Shown in pieces: positions 51,134 through 61,750 of a stretch of DNA of 64,000 nucleotides. The translations under genes and the position numbers were made by a program. Under the pieces are notes generated by a model. It worked only from the letters and a program-made list of their open reading frames with translations, was not told where the DNA came from and searched no databases. Each line of letters starts with the position of its first letter. Position 1 is the stretch's first letter. The DNA is from Candidatus Spongiisociaceae bacterium (GTDB lineage Bacteria; Actinomycetota; Acidimicrobiia; Spongiisociales; Spongiisociaceae), in the NCBI GenBank assembly GCA_965202665.1, contig OZ241841.1, positions 608,001-672,000 on the forward strand, given 5' to 3'.

Positions 51134-53362
51134 ATGGAAATCGTGGGATATGCGGACCGGTTGCGGGCCCAGCCCGGGGAAACTATCGGGTTTAAGGTCA
51201 GTTGCCGGTCGGACGAGTTTTCCACGCAGCTGGTGCGGCTCATCCACACCGACCGCAACCCGGACGGCCCCGGGGTCAAGCAGGAACTGCTGGACTCGGC
51301 GGCCAACGGCTCCTATCCGGGCCGGGTGCAGGAAATTCACGTCGGGTCCTACGTCGAGGTCCCCCACCATCCCGCCCTCAACCTGGAAAACGGGTTCACC
51401 CTCCTGGCCTGGATTTACCCCACCACCCCCGGCCGGGGGACGCAGGCCGTCTTGGCCAAATGGCATCAAGCCGACTCCGCCGGATACGGCCTGGTGCTGG
51501 ACGAAGAAGGCAGCCTGGGATTGTGGATCGGAGACGGGAGGGACAACCAGGAGGAGATTTCCACCGGGGAGCCCATGCACGCCCGCACCTGGTATTTCGC
51601 GGTCGCCACCTACGATCCGGAGACGGAAACGGTCGCCTTGCGCCAAACCCCGGCCGTGGAATGGCCGCAGGAACACGACGCCATTGCGATGAGCGATCAC
51701 GCCTACCTGCGCCCGGCGGTCAACGAATCCCCCCTGCTGATCGGGGCCTGCCTGGAAAACAAGGCGGCCCGCCATTTCAACGGCAAAATAGACAACCCGA
51801 AAATCTACAACCGGGTTCTGTCCCCCGAAGAAATCGGCCTTCTGTTCGCAGACGGGGCCGTCGCCGACGGGTTGGCGGCCTCCTGGGATTTCGGGCGGGA
51901 ATTCCACACCTCCCAAGTAACCGATGTTTCCCCCAACCAACTGCACGGAACGGCGGTCAACCTGCCCACCCGGGCCGTGACCGGACACAACTGGCGCGGG
52001 CGGGAAATCAACTTCGGGCGGGCCCCCGAAGAATACGCCGCCATCCACTTTCACGACGACGACCTGGAAGACGCCGAATGGGAAACGGACTTCCAATTCG
52101 CGCCGCCGGAGGAACTGCCCAGCGGTACCTACGCCTTCCGGTTGCGGGCCGGAACCGCCGAAGACCACATCCCGTTCTTCGTGCGGCCCCGCACCGGCCA
52201 GCCCGGGGCCCGGATCGCCCTGCTGATGGGCACCTACACTTTCCTGGCCTACGGAAACGAACATTTGGCCGCCAACCCGGTGTTGCAGGAATACCTGGAA
52301 GCCGCCGGGCGGGAAGTGGAATTCCCCAAGCACCCCGATGAGCATTACCTGATGGACAACAAACTGGGGGGCCTCTACGATCTGCATTCGGACGGAACCG
52401 GCATCTGCTACGTATCCTCCCGCCAACCTATCCTCAACTTCCGGCCCGGCAACCTGCAACGCACCCTCGGCCAAGACGGGGGCCCGGTGCTCCTCAACGC
52501 CAACCTGCACCAAGCGGACTGGTTGGAAACGATGGGCTACGAGTTCGACGTCATCACCGACGAAGACCTGCATGAGGAAGGAACCGACCTGCTCAAACCC
52601 TATCGGGCGGTGATGTCCGACGCCCACCCCGAATATTGGACGGAGGCGATGCTGGACGGGCTGGAAGGATATCTGACCGGCGGGGGCCGGTTCATGTACA
52701 TGGGGGGCAACGGCCTGTACTGGGTTACTTCAGTGGACCCGCAACGTCCGCACATCATAGAAGTGCGGCGGTGGAAAGGGACCGGTTCCTGGGAGGCGGC
52801 CCCCGGCGAATCCTTCCACAGCTCCACCGGGGAACCGGGCGGCCTGTGGCGCAACCGGGGCCGGGCCCCCAACCGGCTGGTGGGGATCGGGATGACCGCC
52901 CAAGGCGGAAACGGGGTCAACTCGGCCTACCGCCGCACCCCGGACAGCCGCCACCCGCGGGCCGCCTTCATCTTCGAAGGGGTTGAAGACGAGCTGATCG
53001 GCGACTTCCCCACTTTGGGCCTGGGATGGGGGGCGGCGGGTTACGAAATAGACCGGATGGACTTCGAAATCGGAACCCCCCGCCACGCCCTGACGGTGGC
53101 CTCCGCCGCCGACTTCGACGACTCCTTCCATCACGTGGTGGAAGAAGTAATGCATATGAACTCCGACCAGACCGGGACCACCAACCCGCTGGTGCGGGCC
53201 GACATGGTCTATTTCGAATACCCCAACGAGGGGGCGGTTTTTTCCACCGGATCCATCGCCTGGAGCGCCTGCCTGTCCTACAACAACTACCAAAACAACG
53301 TGTCCAAAATCACCGACAACGTGTTGCGCCGGTTCGCCGCCGACGGGCCCCTGCCCCGGTAA
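51134..53362 (+). CDS. N,N-dimethylformamidase beta (large) subunit family protein with a LamG domain
   Basis: IVGYAD, FNGKIDNP, AIHFHDDDL, TFLAYGN, LYDLHSDG, HPEYW and VFSTGSIAW. Confidence 0.85.
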   Translation: MEIVGYADRLRAQPGETIGFKVSCRSDEFSTQLVRLIHTDRNPDGPGVKQELLDSAANGSYPGRVQEIHVGSYVEVPHHPALNLENGFTLLAWIYPTTPGRGTQAVLAKWHQADSAGYGLVLDEEGSLGLWIGDGRDNQEEISTGEPMHARTWYFAVATYDPETETVALRQTPAVEWPQEHDAIAMSDHAYLRPAVNESPLLIGACLENKAARHFNGKIDNPKIYNRVLSPEEIGLLFADGAVADGLAASWDFGREFHTSQVTDVSPNQLHGTAVNLPTRAVTGHNWRGREINFGRAPEEYAAIHFHDDDLEDAEWETDFQFAPPEELPSGTYAFRLRAGTAEDHIPFFVRPRTGQPGARIALLMGTYTFLAYGNEHLAANPVLQEYLEAAGREVEFPKHPDEHYLMDNKLGGLYDLHSDGTGICYVSSRQPILNFRPGNLQRTLGQDGGPVLLNANLHQADWLETMGYEFDVITDEDLHEEGTDLLKPYRAVMSDAHPEYWTEAMLDGLEGYLTGGGRFMYMGGNGLYWVTSVDPQRPHIIEVRRWKGTGSWEAAPGESFHSSTGEPGGLWRNRGRAPNRLVGIGMTAQGGNGVNSAYRRTPDSRHPRAAFIFEGVEDELIGDFPTLGLGWGAAGYEIDRMDFEIGTPRHALTVASAADFDDSFHHVVEEVMHMNSDQTGTTNPLVRADMVYFEYPNEGAVFSTGSIAWSACLSYNNYQNNVSKITDNVLRRFAADGPLPR

Positions 53363-53399
53363 CCGCCGGGAAGCGGGCGGGAGACGGGAAGAAACCGGG

Positions 53400-54188
53400 A
53401 TGCCGTTGCGGGTGGGAATCATCGGATACGGGACGATCGGCTCCTACATTCACCGGCGGATCGAAGCCCGGCCGGAACTGGGCCTGGAAACGGCTTTCGT
53501 CTACAACCGCTCCCCGCAAAGGCTGGGGGAGTTGCCCGAACATCTGGCGCTGCCGGAATTGGCGGACTTCCGGGAGCGGGAACCGGACCTGGTGGTGGAA
53601 GCGGCCCATCCGGACATCACCCGGGAGCACGGCCCCGCTTTCCTGGATCGCGCCGACTACATGCCCCTGTCCCTCACCGCCTTGGCGGACGACCGCCTCC
53701 GGGAGCGGATGCTGGCCGTCGCCCATCGCCGCCGCACCCGCCTGTTCGTCCCGCATGGGGCGGTTCCGGGACTGGAAACCATTTGGGAGGGACGCGCCCA
53801 ATGGGAGGAAGTGTCGATGGAGATGCGCAAAGGCCCCGGCAACCTGGACTGGAGCCGCCATCCCGCAACCGCGGACGACGTCAAAAAGGAAACCGTCCTC
53901 TACGACGGCCCCGCCGCCGGGGTCTGCGGCCTGTTCCCCCGCAACGTCAACTCGCATGCCGCCTTGGCTTTGGCTGGAATCGGTTTCGACCGCACCCGCT
54001 CCACGCTCATCGCCGTCCCCGGCCTGACCGCTTCCGTCATCGAAATATCCGCCCGCGGCCCGGAAGGGGAGATTTTCATCAAACGTTCCACGCCGATGAC
54101 CGGAGTCAGCGGCGCCCTCACCCCCCTTTCCGCTTTGGGCTCCATCCGCCGGGCCGCCCCGACCGAACCCGGGATGCAAATCTGCTAA
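53400..54188 (+). CDS. aspartate dehydrogenase-like (DUF108) oxidoreductase
   Basis: GIIGYGTIG, VVEAAH and FPRNVN. Confidence 0.8.
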   Translation: MPLRVGIIGYGTIGSYIHRRIEARPELGLETAFVYNRSPQRLGELPEHLALPELADFREREPDLVVEAAHPDITREHGPAFLDRADYMPLSLTALADDRLRERMLAVAHRRRTRLFVPHGAVPGLETIWEGRAQWEEVSMEMRKGPGNLDWSRHPATADDVKKETVLYDGPAAGVCGLFPRNVNSHAALALAGIGFDRTRSTLIAVPGLTASVIEISARGPEGEIFIKRSTPMTGVSGALTPLSALGSIRRAAPTEPGMQIC

Positions 54189-54233
54189 CTGTTTGGAACA
54201 GACGGCGGAGCGGCCGGCAAAAGAGGGGGCTGG

Positions 54234-55058
54234 CTACTCCCGCCACCCCACGCAACCGGGGAAAACGGCGCCCCGGGCGGGAATGAAATCGTGGGTGAAA
54301 AACTCGCTGCGCTGGTCGGTGAAGGTGCAACGGCCGCTGAAATAGATGGCCACGTGCCCGCGGCGGGGCTTGTCCGACGCGTTCGGACCGCTGAAATGAA
54401 TGATCTCCCCATGGTGGATGCAACAGTCCCCCGCCTCCAGTTCCACCGGAACGGCGTCCAGCGACTCCGGTTTCAGCCCTTCCACCGCCCCTCCGAACAG
54501 GGCGTCTTTTTGGAAGTCCCGTTCGTGTTCCAAAACGGCGCGGTGGCTGCCCGGAACGAAATGGGTGCATCCCCGTTCCAAAGTGGAGTCGTCCAGCGCC
54601 AGCCAAATCGACAGTTTGCCTTTGCCGGACCAGAAAGGCTCCCAGTAGGCGTTGTCCTGATGGGGCGGGGCCGGGCTGCCCCCGGGCGGTTTGAGGAAAG
54701 TCTGATCGGTGTAGAACACCACGTCCGGCCCCAGCAAATCCTCCACCACGTCCAAAGTTTTGGGCCGCAAAGTGAACACCCGGCGCAGTTCCGGGCTGGC
54801 GTGGGCGGCGTGGATGAGGGCCCGGAAAGTCTGGGAGGCGGGCAGGTCTTCGCGGTCGGCTAAAGCCGGATCCACATCGATGTGAATCCTCTCATCGGGG
54901 GGGTTCTGCTCCGCCAACCGGGAAATGATGGTTTGGATTTCGGCCAGTTCCCGGGCGTCCGCGAAGTTGCGGAGAATCAGAAATCCGTCCCGTTCCCAAG
55001 AGCCGATCTGCTGGGGGGTGAGGGCTTTCATTTCGGCGGGCGCCTTTCCGCAGTTCAT
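54234..55058 (-). CDS. phytanoyl-CoA dioxygenase family (Fe/2OG) protein
   Basis: HQD, WLALDD..GC..VPGSH and H.S.PN.S..R. Confidence 0.88.
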   Translation of the reverse strand: MNCGKAPAEMKALTPQQIGSWERDGFLILRNFADARELAEIQTIISRLAEQNPPDERIHIDVDPALADREDLPASQTFRALIHAAHASPELRRVFTLRPKTLDVVEDLLGPDVVFYTDQTFLKPPGGSPAPPHQDNAYWEPFWSGKGKLSIWLALDDSTLERGCTHFVPGSHRAVLEHERDFQKDALFGGAVEGLKPESLDAVPVELEAGDCCIHHGEIIHFSGPNASDKPRRGHVAIYFSGRCTFTDQRSEFFTHDFIPARGAVFPGCVGWRE

Positions 55059-55096
55059 CCTATGATTGCGGTCAGTCTAACAACCGAGGAGCCCGG

Positions 55097-55888
55097 ATGA
55101 CCCCGCGGGAAATGTTGGAAATCTCCGACCGCAGCCTGGCCGAGTTTTACCGGATGACCACCCGCAACGCCGGGGGCGAGATTTACGAATGGAACGGCTT
55201 GCTGCTGTACGCCGCCCGGCCGGCCTCCGCTTCCCCGACCGTCAACGGTGCCTTGCGCCTCAACCCGTCCCTGCCGCCCCGGGAGGCCCTCCACCGCGCC
55301 GGAATTTTCTTCGGGCAACGGCGGCATGGATACACGTTGACGGTGCGGGCGGGCGACCGCCAAATGGAAAACGAGGCCATCCGGGCCGGCCTGGCCCTGA
55401 GCCGGGACGAACCGATCTTGGCTTTGACCGAACGCCCCGGCCCGGCCCCTGCGCCGGACGGCCTCGCCGTCCAACAGGTGACGGACCCCGCCTCCCTGCT
55501 GGATTTCCGGGCGACGGCCGTGGCCGGTTTGGCCGACGACCACCCGGATCGGGAGGCGGTGAAAGCGATTTTTCCCCGCCCGGACTGCTTGGCCGGCCCG
55601 GACCGGGCGGGGCTGGTGGGATACGTCGGGGGGAGGGCCGCGGCTTGCGCGATGACGACGGTCAACTACGGGGCGGCCCTGATCCGCTGGGTTTCCACCC
55701 TCCCCGCCTACCGCCGCCAAGGCTTCGGTTCCGCCTTGGCCCTGGCCGCCGTGCGCACCGGTTTCGACCGGGGGGCGCGCCTGGCGATGCTGGAATCCCC
55801 CTCCACCGGCCTGACCTTGTTCCGCCGGATGGGATTCGCCGAAATCGGCCGCTACCGGGAATACGCCGGCCCCGCACCCCCGACCTGA
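55097..55888 (+). CDS. GNAT-family acetyltransferase
   Basis: VSTLPAYRRQGFG and LFRRMGF. Confidence 0.85.
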   Translation: MTPREMLEISDRSLAEFYRMTTRNAGGEIYEWNGLLLYAARPASASPTVNGALRLNPSLPPREALHRAGIFFGQRRHGYTLTVRAGDRQMENEAIRAGLALSRDEPILALTERPGPAPAPDGLAVQQVTDPASLLDFRATAVAGLADDHPDREAVKAIFPRPDCLAGPDRAGLVGYVGGRAAACAMTTVNYGAALIRWVSTLPAYRRQGFGSALALAAVRTGFDRGARLAMLESPSTGLTLFRRMGFAEIGRYREYAGPAPPT

Positions 55889-55918
55889 CCGCCGCCCCCG
55901 CCCTCCTAGATGAGGTTC

Positions 55919-56722
55919 TTACTGGAATTCGGCCGCCGCCTCGGGGGTTAGGTATTCCCGGTAGGCGCGGGTTATCCATTGGTGGCCGACGTCCATGAAC
56001 TCCGCCGCCGCCGCCTGCGAATCAACCGCCGCCCGGGCGAACAGGGTGAGCACCACCACGTGCCCTTCCCCGGAGGAGGCGGTCTCCGCCCGGGCGTAGA
56101 GCCGACCCCGCCGTCCGCCGTCCTCCCCGGGGATGACGTACTGGCTTATGATGCGCATCGCCTCCGCGTCGGCGGCCAACCCTTCCGGCCGGGGGGCGAA
56201 AATCCGCAGGACCCGGCCCAACTCGCCGGGTGTTTTCCACGCCCCGCCCGCCGGGAGGTGACTCACGTAGGAGACTTCGCATTGCAGGGGCGACAACTCC
56301 CCCAGCCCGTTTTCCTCCGCGTACCGGGCGAACAGGCCCAGGTCGCGCAGGAAACCGTCCCGCAGGGCCTCGTATCCGGGGTAGTCGGGAGGGTCGGAGC
56401 CGGTCACGCCGCGTCCGGCGATCCGCCAGTTGCGGGCGAACCAGTTGCGTTGCGCCTGCACCAGTTCGTGGCCGCCGGGACTCAGAAACCAACGGCGGAT
56501 GTTGGTGAGGGCCGAGGCGGAGGGAACCGCCGCCAGCCCCCCGTCCCCGGTTTCGATCATCGGGGAAAAAGGGCCCATTTCCTCTTGGCGGGGATAACGG
56601 TCTTTGAACTTTTCGTCCCGCAACCCGTCTAGTTGGTCCCGCAACAGGCCGTGCATTTCTTGGAAGCCGAGGCTGAGGGCCGCTTCGGTCAAAGGCGGGC
56701 TGGGCAGGCTGGGGGATGACAT
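55919..56722 (-). CDS. TIGR04255-family protein
   Basis: PPLTEAAL, RRWFLS..ELVQAQ..F.RNWR, YPGYE and CEVSYVS. Confidence 0.7.
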   Translation of the reverse strand: MSSPSLPSPPLTEAALSLGFQEMHGLLRDQLDGLRDEKFKDRYPRQEEMGPFSPMIETGDGGLAAVPSASALTNIRRWFLSPGGHELVQAQRNWFARNWRIAGRGVTGSDPPDYPGYEALRDGFLRDLGLFARYAEENGLGELSPLQCEVSYVSHLPAGGAWKTPGELGRVLRIFAPRPEGLAADAEAMRIISQYVIPGEDGGRRGRLYARAETASSGEGHVVVLTLFARAAVDSQAAAAEFMDVGHQWITRAYREYLTPEAAAEFQ

Positions 56723-56866
56723 GTTTTTTCCACCTCGCTGGTTCCCCGCCAGGATACCAAACCGCCCCCGCCGGCGGGGGGTAGGCTTGGCGAACCCTAA
56801 GGAGCGGAGCCCATCGACCACGCCCAGCCAACCGTCCACCCCCCCGAGGCGAGAACCGTCCGCAAC

Positions 56867-58816
56867 GTGCGCATCCCGATGAGGGACGGGACGGAGTTGG
56901 CCTGCGACCTGTTCCTGCCGGAAAGCGATGAGCCGGCCCCGGTCATCCTCAAGTACTACCCGTACCGCAAAGACGACCTGTTGCGCGGCCTGATCGTCCC
57001 CCGGGCCCGATATTTCTGCGCCCGGGGGTACGTGACGGCGGTGCTGGACATCCGGGGCACCGGGTCGTCCGGCGGAACCAGCCCCCGCATGTTGCGCGGC
57101 CAGGAATGGGAGGACGGCTACGACGCGGTGGAATGGATCGCCGCCCAGCCGTGGTGCGACGGGGCGGTGGGAATGACCGGGGTTTCCTACGGCGGATACT
57201 CCTCCCTGCTCACCGCCGCCCGGAATCCGCCCCATCTGAAAGCCATCGCCCCCATCTACGCAGGGTGGGACCTGTACGAAAACAGCCATCCGGGGGGCAT
57301 GTGGCAAACCTCTATCTGGTCGGGCCTTTACAACGCCATGATGACCGCGCTGGGGGCCGCCCCGCCCGCCCCCGACCCGGAGGGCCGATGGATGGAAATC
57401 TGGGAGGAGCATCTGGAGGGCCTGCAACCGTGGCTCCATCAGTGGATGAGCGATCAAGACGACGGGCCCCGCTGGCGGGAAGGGTCGGTGCGCTACGGGG
57501 CGGAGGGCATAACCGCCCCCTCGTTCATCATCGGCGGCTGGCACGACATCTTCGTCGCCGACCCGTTCGCCGTCTACAACGCCCTGCCCCCGCAGACGCC
57601 GAAGAAACTGGTGATGGGCCCCTACCTGCACGTGGCCCCCAACATGGGCGCCCCCGGACCCCCCTTCGACCATCTGCATGAGATCGTCCGCTGGTTCGAC
57701 CGTTACCTGAAAGGGGAGGACACCGGGATCGATGCGGAGCCGCCGGTGGCCGTCTGGGTGCGGGAATACGACCCGCCCGCCGCCCGCCGGGAGGGGGCGG
57801 CCGGCGGATGGCGCAGTGAAAAAGAGTGGCCTCCGCAACGGGCCGTCGTCCAAACCCGGTTTCTGGGAGGGGGCGGCCGCCTGGCCGACTCCCCCCCGGC
57901 CGCCCCCGAACGGGCCGCCTTCGACTACGACCCGACGGCGGGGGTTTCCAGCATGGGCCTGCTGACCGGGTTCGGCCAGGACGCGGGACTGCCTTTGGAT
58001 CAGCGGCGGGAGGCGGGAAAGTCGCTGGTGTGGATGAGCGAGCCGTTGGCGGAGGAGACGGAAGCCGCCGGAACCCCGCGCCTCGTCCTGTGGGCGTCTT
58101 CCACCGCCCGGGTGTGGACGATAGCGGTGAAACTGATAGACATCCCCCCGCAGGGGCCTTGGGCGCTGGTCTCGCGGGCGGTCCGCAACGCCGCCCGCCC
58201 CGAACCGCCCCCGCCCGGCGAAGCGGCGGAGTTGGCCGTCGATTTGGAGCCGGTCCACTACCTATTCGGCGCAGGGCATCGGCTGGGGGTGATGGTCGCC
58301 GGCTCCGACTTCCCCCTGGCGTGGCCGGCGCCCGAGACGGCCCGCACCTCCGTCCACATGGGCCCCCACCGCCTTTCCCGCCTGGAAATTCCGACGGCGC
58401 CGGAGCGGGATTCGGGCCTGCCCGCCCCCGGCTTCCTCCCCGCCCCGCCCCTGCCGGAACCGCTGGGGACGGTGGAGCCGTTGCGCTGGGAGCTGATCGA
58501 GGACCTAATCGAAGACCGGGTAACGGTATCCGCCGGTTTCGGCGGAGACGCCCTTTTGGACAACGGGGCTTATATCGGTTCCCATGCCGAACTGGAGGTC
58601 AGCGTGCCCCGCGCCCGCCCGGCCGAGGCGCGGGTGGAAGCCGAATACCGGATGGAGGTGGACCATGGGGCGGGCCCCCGCGCTATACGCTCCGTCAGCC
58701 GGGTAACCGGCGACCGGGAGGCCTTCCACGCCCTCACCACGGTGGAGGTGAAAGCAGCCGACTCCGTCCAATACAACCTCGCTTGGAACTGGACAGTCCC
58801 CAGGGGGTTGCTGTGA
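56867..58816 (+). CDS. CocE/NonD family hydrolase (start possibly ATC 56813)
   Basis: IPMRDG, PYRKDD, DIRGTGSSGG, GVSYGG, GGWHD and GPYLH. Confidence 0.9.
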   Translation: MRIPMRDGTELACDLFLPESDEPAPVILKYYPYRKDDLLRGLIVPRARYFCARGYVTAVLDIRGTGSSGGTSPRMLRGQEWEDGYDAVEWIAAQPWCDGAVGMTGVSYGGYSSLLTAARNPPHLKAIAPIYAGWDLYENSHPGGMWQTSIWSGLYNAMMTALGAAPPAPDPEGRWMEIWEEHLEGLQPWLHQWMSDQDDGPRWREGSVRYGAEGITAPSFIIGGWHDIFVADPFAVYNALPPQTPKKLVMGPYLHVAPNMGAPGPPFDHLHEIVRWFDRYLKGEDTGIDAEPPVAVWVREYDPPAARREGAAGGWRSEKEWPPQRAVVQTRFLGGGGRLADSPPAAPERAAFDYDPTAGVSSMGLLTGFGQDAGLPLDQRREAGKSLVWMSEPLAEETEAAGTPRLVLWASSTARVWTIAVKLIDIPPQGPWALVSRAVRNAARPEPPPPGEAAELAVDLEPVHYLFGAGHRLGVMVAGSDFPLAWPAPETARTSVHMGPHRLSRLEIPTAPERDSGLPAPGFLPAPPLPEPLGTVEPLRWELIEDLIEDRVTVSAGFGGDALLDNGAYIGSHAELEVSVPRARPAEARVEAEYRMEVDHGAGPRAIRSVSRVTGDREAFHALTTVEVKAADSVQYNLAWNWTVPRGLL

Positions 58817-59631
58817 GCGAAAAAGGGAAGCCCGCGGGTTTGAAGGGCGCGACGGCGGTGGTGACCGGGGCAGCCTCCGGCCAGGGGCGGGCGGTGGCCC
58901 GGCGCCTGGCCGGGGAAGGGGCCCAAGTGGCCGCCTTGGACATCGACCAGACGGGCTTGGACCAGTTGATGGGGGAAATAGAAGAGGCCGGGGGACGGGG
59001 ACTGGCCCTGCCCGCCGACGTGTCGGACCCGGAGGCGGTGTCCGCCGCTTTCGCCCGCTCCGCCTCCTGTTTGGGGCCTGCCTACGTTTTGGCGGCGGCG
59101 GCCGCCGTCTACCCGCCCCCCCGCTACTCCTTTCTGCGCCCCCTCCGGGAAACGGCCCGTATCTTGGAGGTCAATCTGCTGGCGTCCGCGCACTGCGCCG
59201 ACCAGGCGGCCCGCCAGATGGTGGAAGCGGGCCGGGGGGGGAGAATCATCCTCTGGTCGTCGATCGGGGCCCGGGAGGCCATCGACGGGCACGCCGCCTA
59301 CGGAGCCAGCAAAGCCGGAGTGGAGGGCCTGACCAGGGCGTTGGCGGCCGAGTTGGGCCGCTACGGGGTGACGGTGAACGCCATCGCCCCCGGGGCCATC
59401 GACACCCCGATGCTGGCCGACTCCCCGCCCGGCCTGGAATATTTCAACCTGGTGCCGGCGGGCCGCATCGGACGGCCGGAGGAGGTGGCCGGGCTGGTCA
59501 ACTACCTGTGCTCCGATGAAGCCGGTTTTATGACCGGGGCGGTGCTGCCTTTCGACGGGGGCCTGACCGCCGTCAACGCGGCCGTGCCCCCCGACCCGCC
59601 CCCGCCGGCCAAACCCGAAGAGGAGAAGTAG
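58813..59631 (+). CDS. short-chain dehydrogenase/reductase
   Basis: TGAASGQG, YGASK and VNAIAPG. Confidence 0.92.
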   Translation: MSEKGKPAGLKGATAVVTGAASGQGRAVARRLAGEGAQVAALDIDQTGLDQLMGEIEEAGGRGLALPADVSDPEAVSAAFARSASCLGPAYVLAAAAAVYPPPRYSFLRPLRETARILEVNLLASAHCADQAARQMVEAGRGGRIILWSSIGAREAIDGHAAYGASKAGVEGLTRALAAELGRYGVTVNAIAPGAIDTPMLADSPPGLEYFNLVPAGRIGRPEEVAGLVNYLCSDEAGFMTGAVLPFDGGLTAVNAAVPPDPPPPAKPEEEK

Positions 59632-59640
59632 GAGAAGACC

Positions 59641-60660
59641 ATGAAACAGGCGGTAACCGTCAACGGGCTGATCCCCGCCGGCCGGATCGGGCGCACCCTG
59701 CCCCACGAGCACCTGTTCGCCACCATGACCTACGCCTTCCCGGCCCGGGACGAATACGCCTATCAGCCGATCGTCATGGAACGGCTGGGGGAAATACGCA
59801 CCGACCTGATGTCCAACGTCAACAACATCACTTTGGACGACAGTTGCGGGCAGGCGGCGGAACTGGACAAAGCGGCCCAACTGGGCATCGACACCTTGGT
59901 GGAACTCACTTTGGGGCATATCGGACGCAACCCTCCCCGGATGGCGGAGGTTTCCCGGCACACCGGAGTGAACGTGATCTGCGGCAGCGGCTGGTATCTC
60001 CGCCACCACCAGCGGGAATGGACCATCGCCGCCCCCCGCGAACAACTGGCGGAAATAATGGTCAAAGAGCTCACCGAAGGGATCGACGACACCGGCATCC
60101 GGGCCGGGGTGCTGGGCGAGATCGGCCTCAACGAACCGGCCCATCCCGACGAGTTGAAGGTGCTGGAAGCGGCGGTGCTGGCGCAACGGGAAACCGGGGC
60201 CCCGCTGTGGGTGCATCTGATGAACATCCCCATCGCCGGGGAGGCCCTGGCCGTGTTCGAAAAATACGAACCGATATGGGATCGGGTGGTGTTCTGCCAT
60301 ATGGACTTCGACATCCGCGACCTGACCTGGCACGAGCGGGCCCTGCAGCGGGGCATCACGGTGGAATTCGACTTTTTCGGCTCGGTGTGGTGGCCCATCG
60401 ACTGCTACATCCACTGCCCCACCGACCCGCAACGGCTGACCACCCTGGCCGACTGGTCGGAGCGGGGCTACGCGGACCGGCTGCTGATCAGCCACGACGT
60501 GTGCACCCGGCTGCAACTCACCTCCTACGGGGGCAACGGCTACGGGTACATCCCGCGGGTGGTGCCCCTGCTGATGGACCAACTGGGAATCGACCCCTCG
60601 TTGCTGGACCGGTGGATGATCGACAACCCGGCCCGTTTGCTGGCCTGGGCGGACAAGTAA
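59641..60660 (+). CDS. phosphotriesterase-related protein
   Basis: TLPHEH, GVLGEIG, CHMD and LLISHD. Confidence 0.9.
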   Translation: MKQAVTVNGLIPAGRIGRTLPHEHLFATMTYAFPARDEYAYQPIVMERLGEIRTDLMSNVNNITLDDSCGQAAELDKAAQLGIDTLVELTLGHIGRNPPRMAEVSRHTGVNVICGSGWYLRHHQREWTIAAPREQLAEIMVKELTEGIDDTGIRAGVLGEIGLNEPAHPDELKVLEAAVLAQRETGAPLWVHLMNIPIAGEALAVFEKYEPIWDRVVFCHMDFDIRDLTWHERALQRGITVEFDFFGSVWWPIDCYIHCPTDPQRLTTLADWSERGYADRLLISHDVCTRLQLTSYGGNGYGYIPRVVPLLMDQLGIDPSLLDRWMIDNPARLLAWADK

Positions 60661-60661
60661 C

Positions 60662-61750
60662 TTACCGCCAGTCCAGCAGCGTCCCCAGCATGTCCTTTTC
60701 GCCGGCGGCCAAGTCGGCCATGGCCTCCCCCGCCTGGGAGGCCGGGTAGGTGTGAGTGCGCAGGGCGGACAGGGCCAGCCGTCCCCGGGCGCACAGGCTC
60801 AGCAGAAAAGAAACGTTGTCGGCGATGGTGAAGCGGGCCCCCCGCCGGGCCGGATCCTGATAGGGGGCGTTGCTGGTGCCCAGGATGGAAACCTGCTTGT
60901 TGTAAAAGTCGGCGGACAGCAAACTCCCCACCTCCTCGGGATGGAGGGCGATGGCGACCAGCCTCCCCCCTTCGTCCAGTATGCGCATCCCCAAGTCCAG
61001 GGCCTCCGCCCCCACCGCCGCCTCCACCGCAATGTCAATTCCGAAGGGATGAAAACGCTCGGTAAGGCGGTCCCCCAAATCCTCCCGCCGCGGGTCCAGC
61101 GCCAGGGCGTCCGGCAAAGCCGCCGCCGCCCGGTCCCGGCGGGCGGGGGAAATGTCCAGGCAGGCCAGGCGGGCTCCCACCGCGTCGGCCGCCAGGGCCG
61201 CCCCCAGCCCCACCAGCCCCAGGCCGATCACCGCAACGTTGTGGCCGGGGATGAACCGGCCCCGGCGCAAGGCGTGCAAGCCGAGGGTGGGCAGGTAGGC
61301 GAAAGGGGCGGCCTGGTCGGACACCGCCTCGGGCACCGGAATCGCCTGCCATTCCAAAACGTCGTAGGCCTGCTGGTGGCGGGCCAGGGCGAACACCCGC
61401 TCCCCGGGGGAGAACCCGTCCACTCCTTCTCCGACGTCCGTCACCTCCCCCAGGCTGTTGTAACCGAAGTTGACCGGAAACCGGGCCTCCCCGGGCCGGT
61501 TGGCCCCGGTGACCGCGTAGGCGGGCAACGTCCCCATCCCGGTGCTGGTGACCGTATCGATTTCGGCGAATCCCTCCCATACTTCCTCCACCATCGGCCG
61601 GCCCAGGAAGAGGCGCAATTCGGTGCCGGGGCTGATCAGGCTGAACAGGGTGCGCACCCGCACCATGCCCGGCGGAACCCGGTCCGGGAGTTGGGCGGGG
61701 ATCCATTCGATGCGGCCGGGGGCGGTGATGAGGGGCCGCTCCGCCTTCAT
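60662..61750 (-). CDS. zinc-binding alcohol dehydrogenase-family oxidoreductase
   Basis: [14 protein letters not shown] and GLGLVG. Confidence 0.85.
   Translation of the reverse strand: MKAERPLITAPGRIEWIPAQLPDRVPPGMVRVRTLFSLISPGTELRLFLGRPMVEEVWEGFAEIDTVTSTGMGTLPAYAVTGANRPGEARFPVNFGYNSLGEVTDVGEGVDGFSPGERVFALARHQQAYDVLEWQAIPVPEAVSDQAAPFAYLPTLGLHALRRGRFIPGHNVAVIGLGLVGLGAALAADAVGARLACLDISPARRDRAAAALPDALALDPRREDLGDRLTERFHPFGIDIAVEAAVGAEALDLGMRILDEGGRLVAIALHPEEVGSLLSADFYNKQVSILGTSNAPYQDPARRGARFTIADNVSFLLSLCARGRLALSALRTHTYPASQAGEAMADLAAGEKDMLGTLLDWR

Noticed and set aside
56839-56845. C7 run as a phase-variable frameshift for the CocE N-terminus
   Set aside because: An SD-supported in-frame ATC or GTG 56867 explains the gene without an indel, and short C runs are common here.
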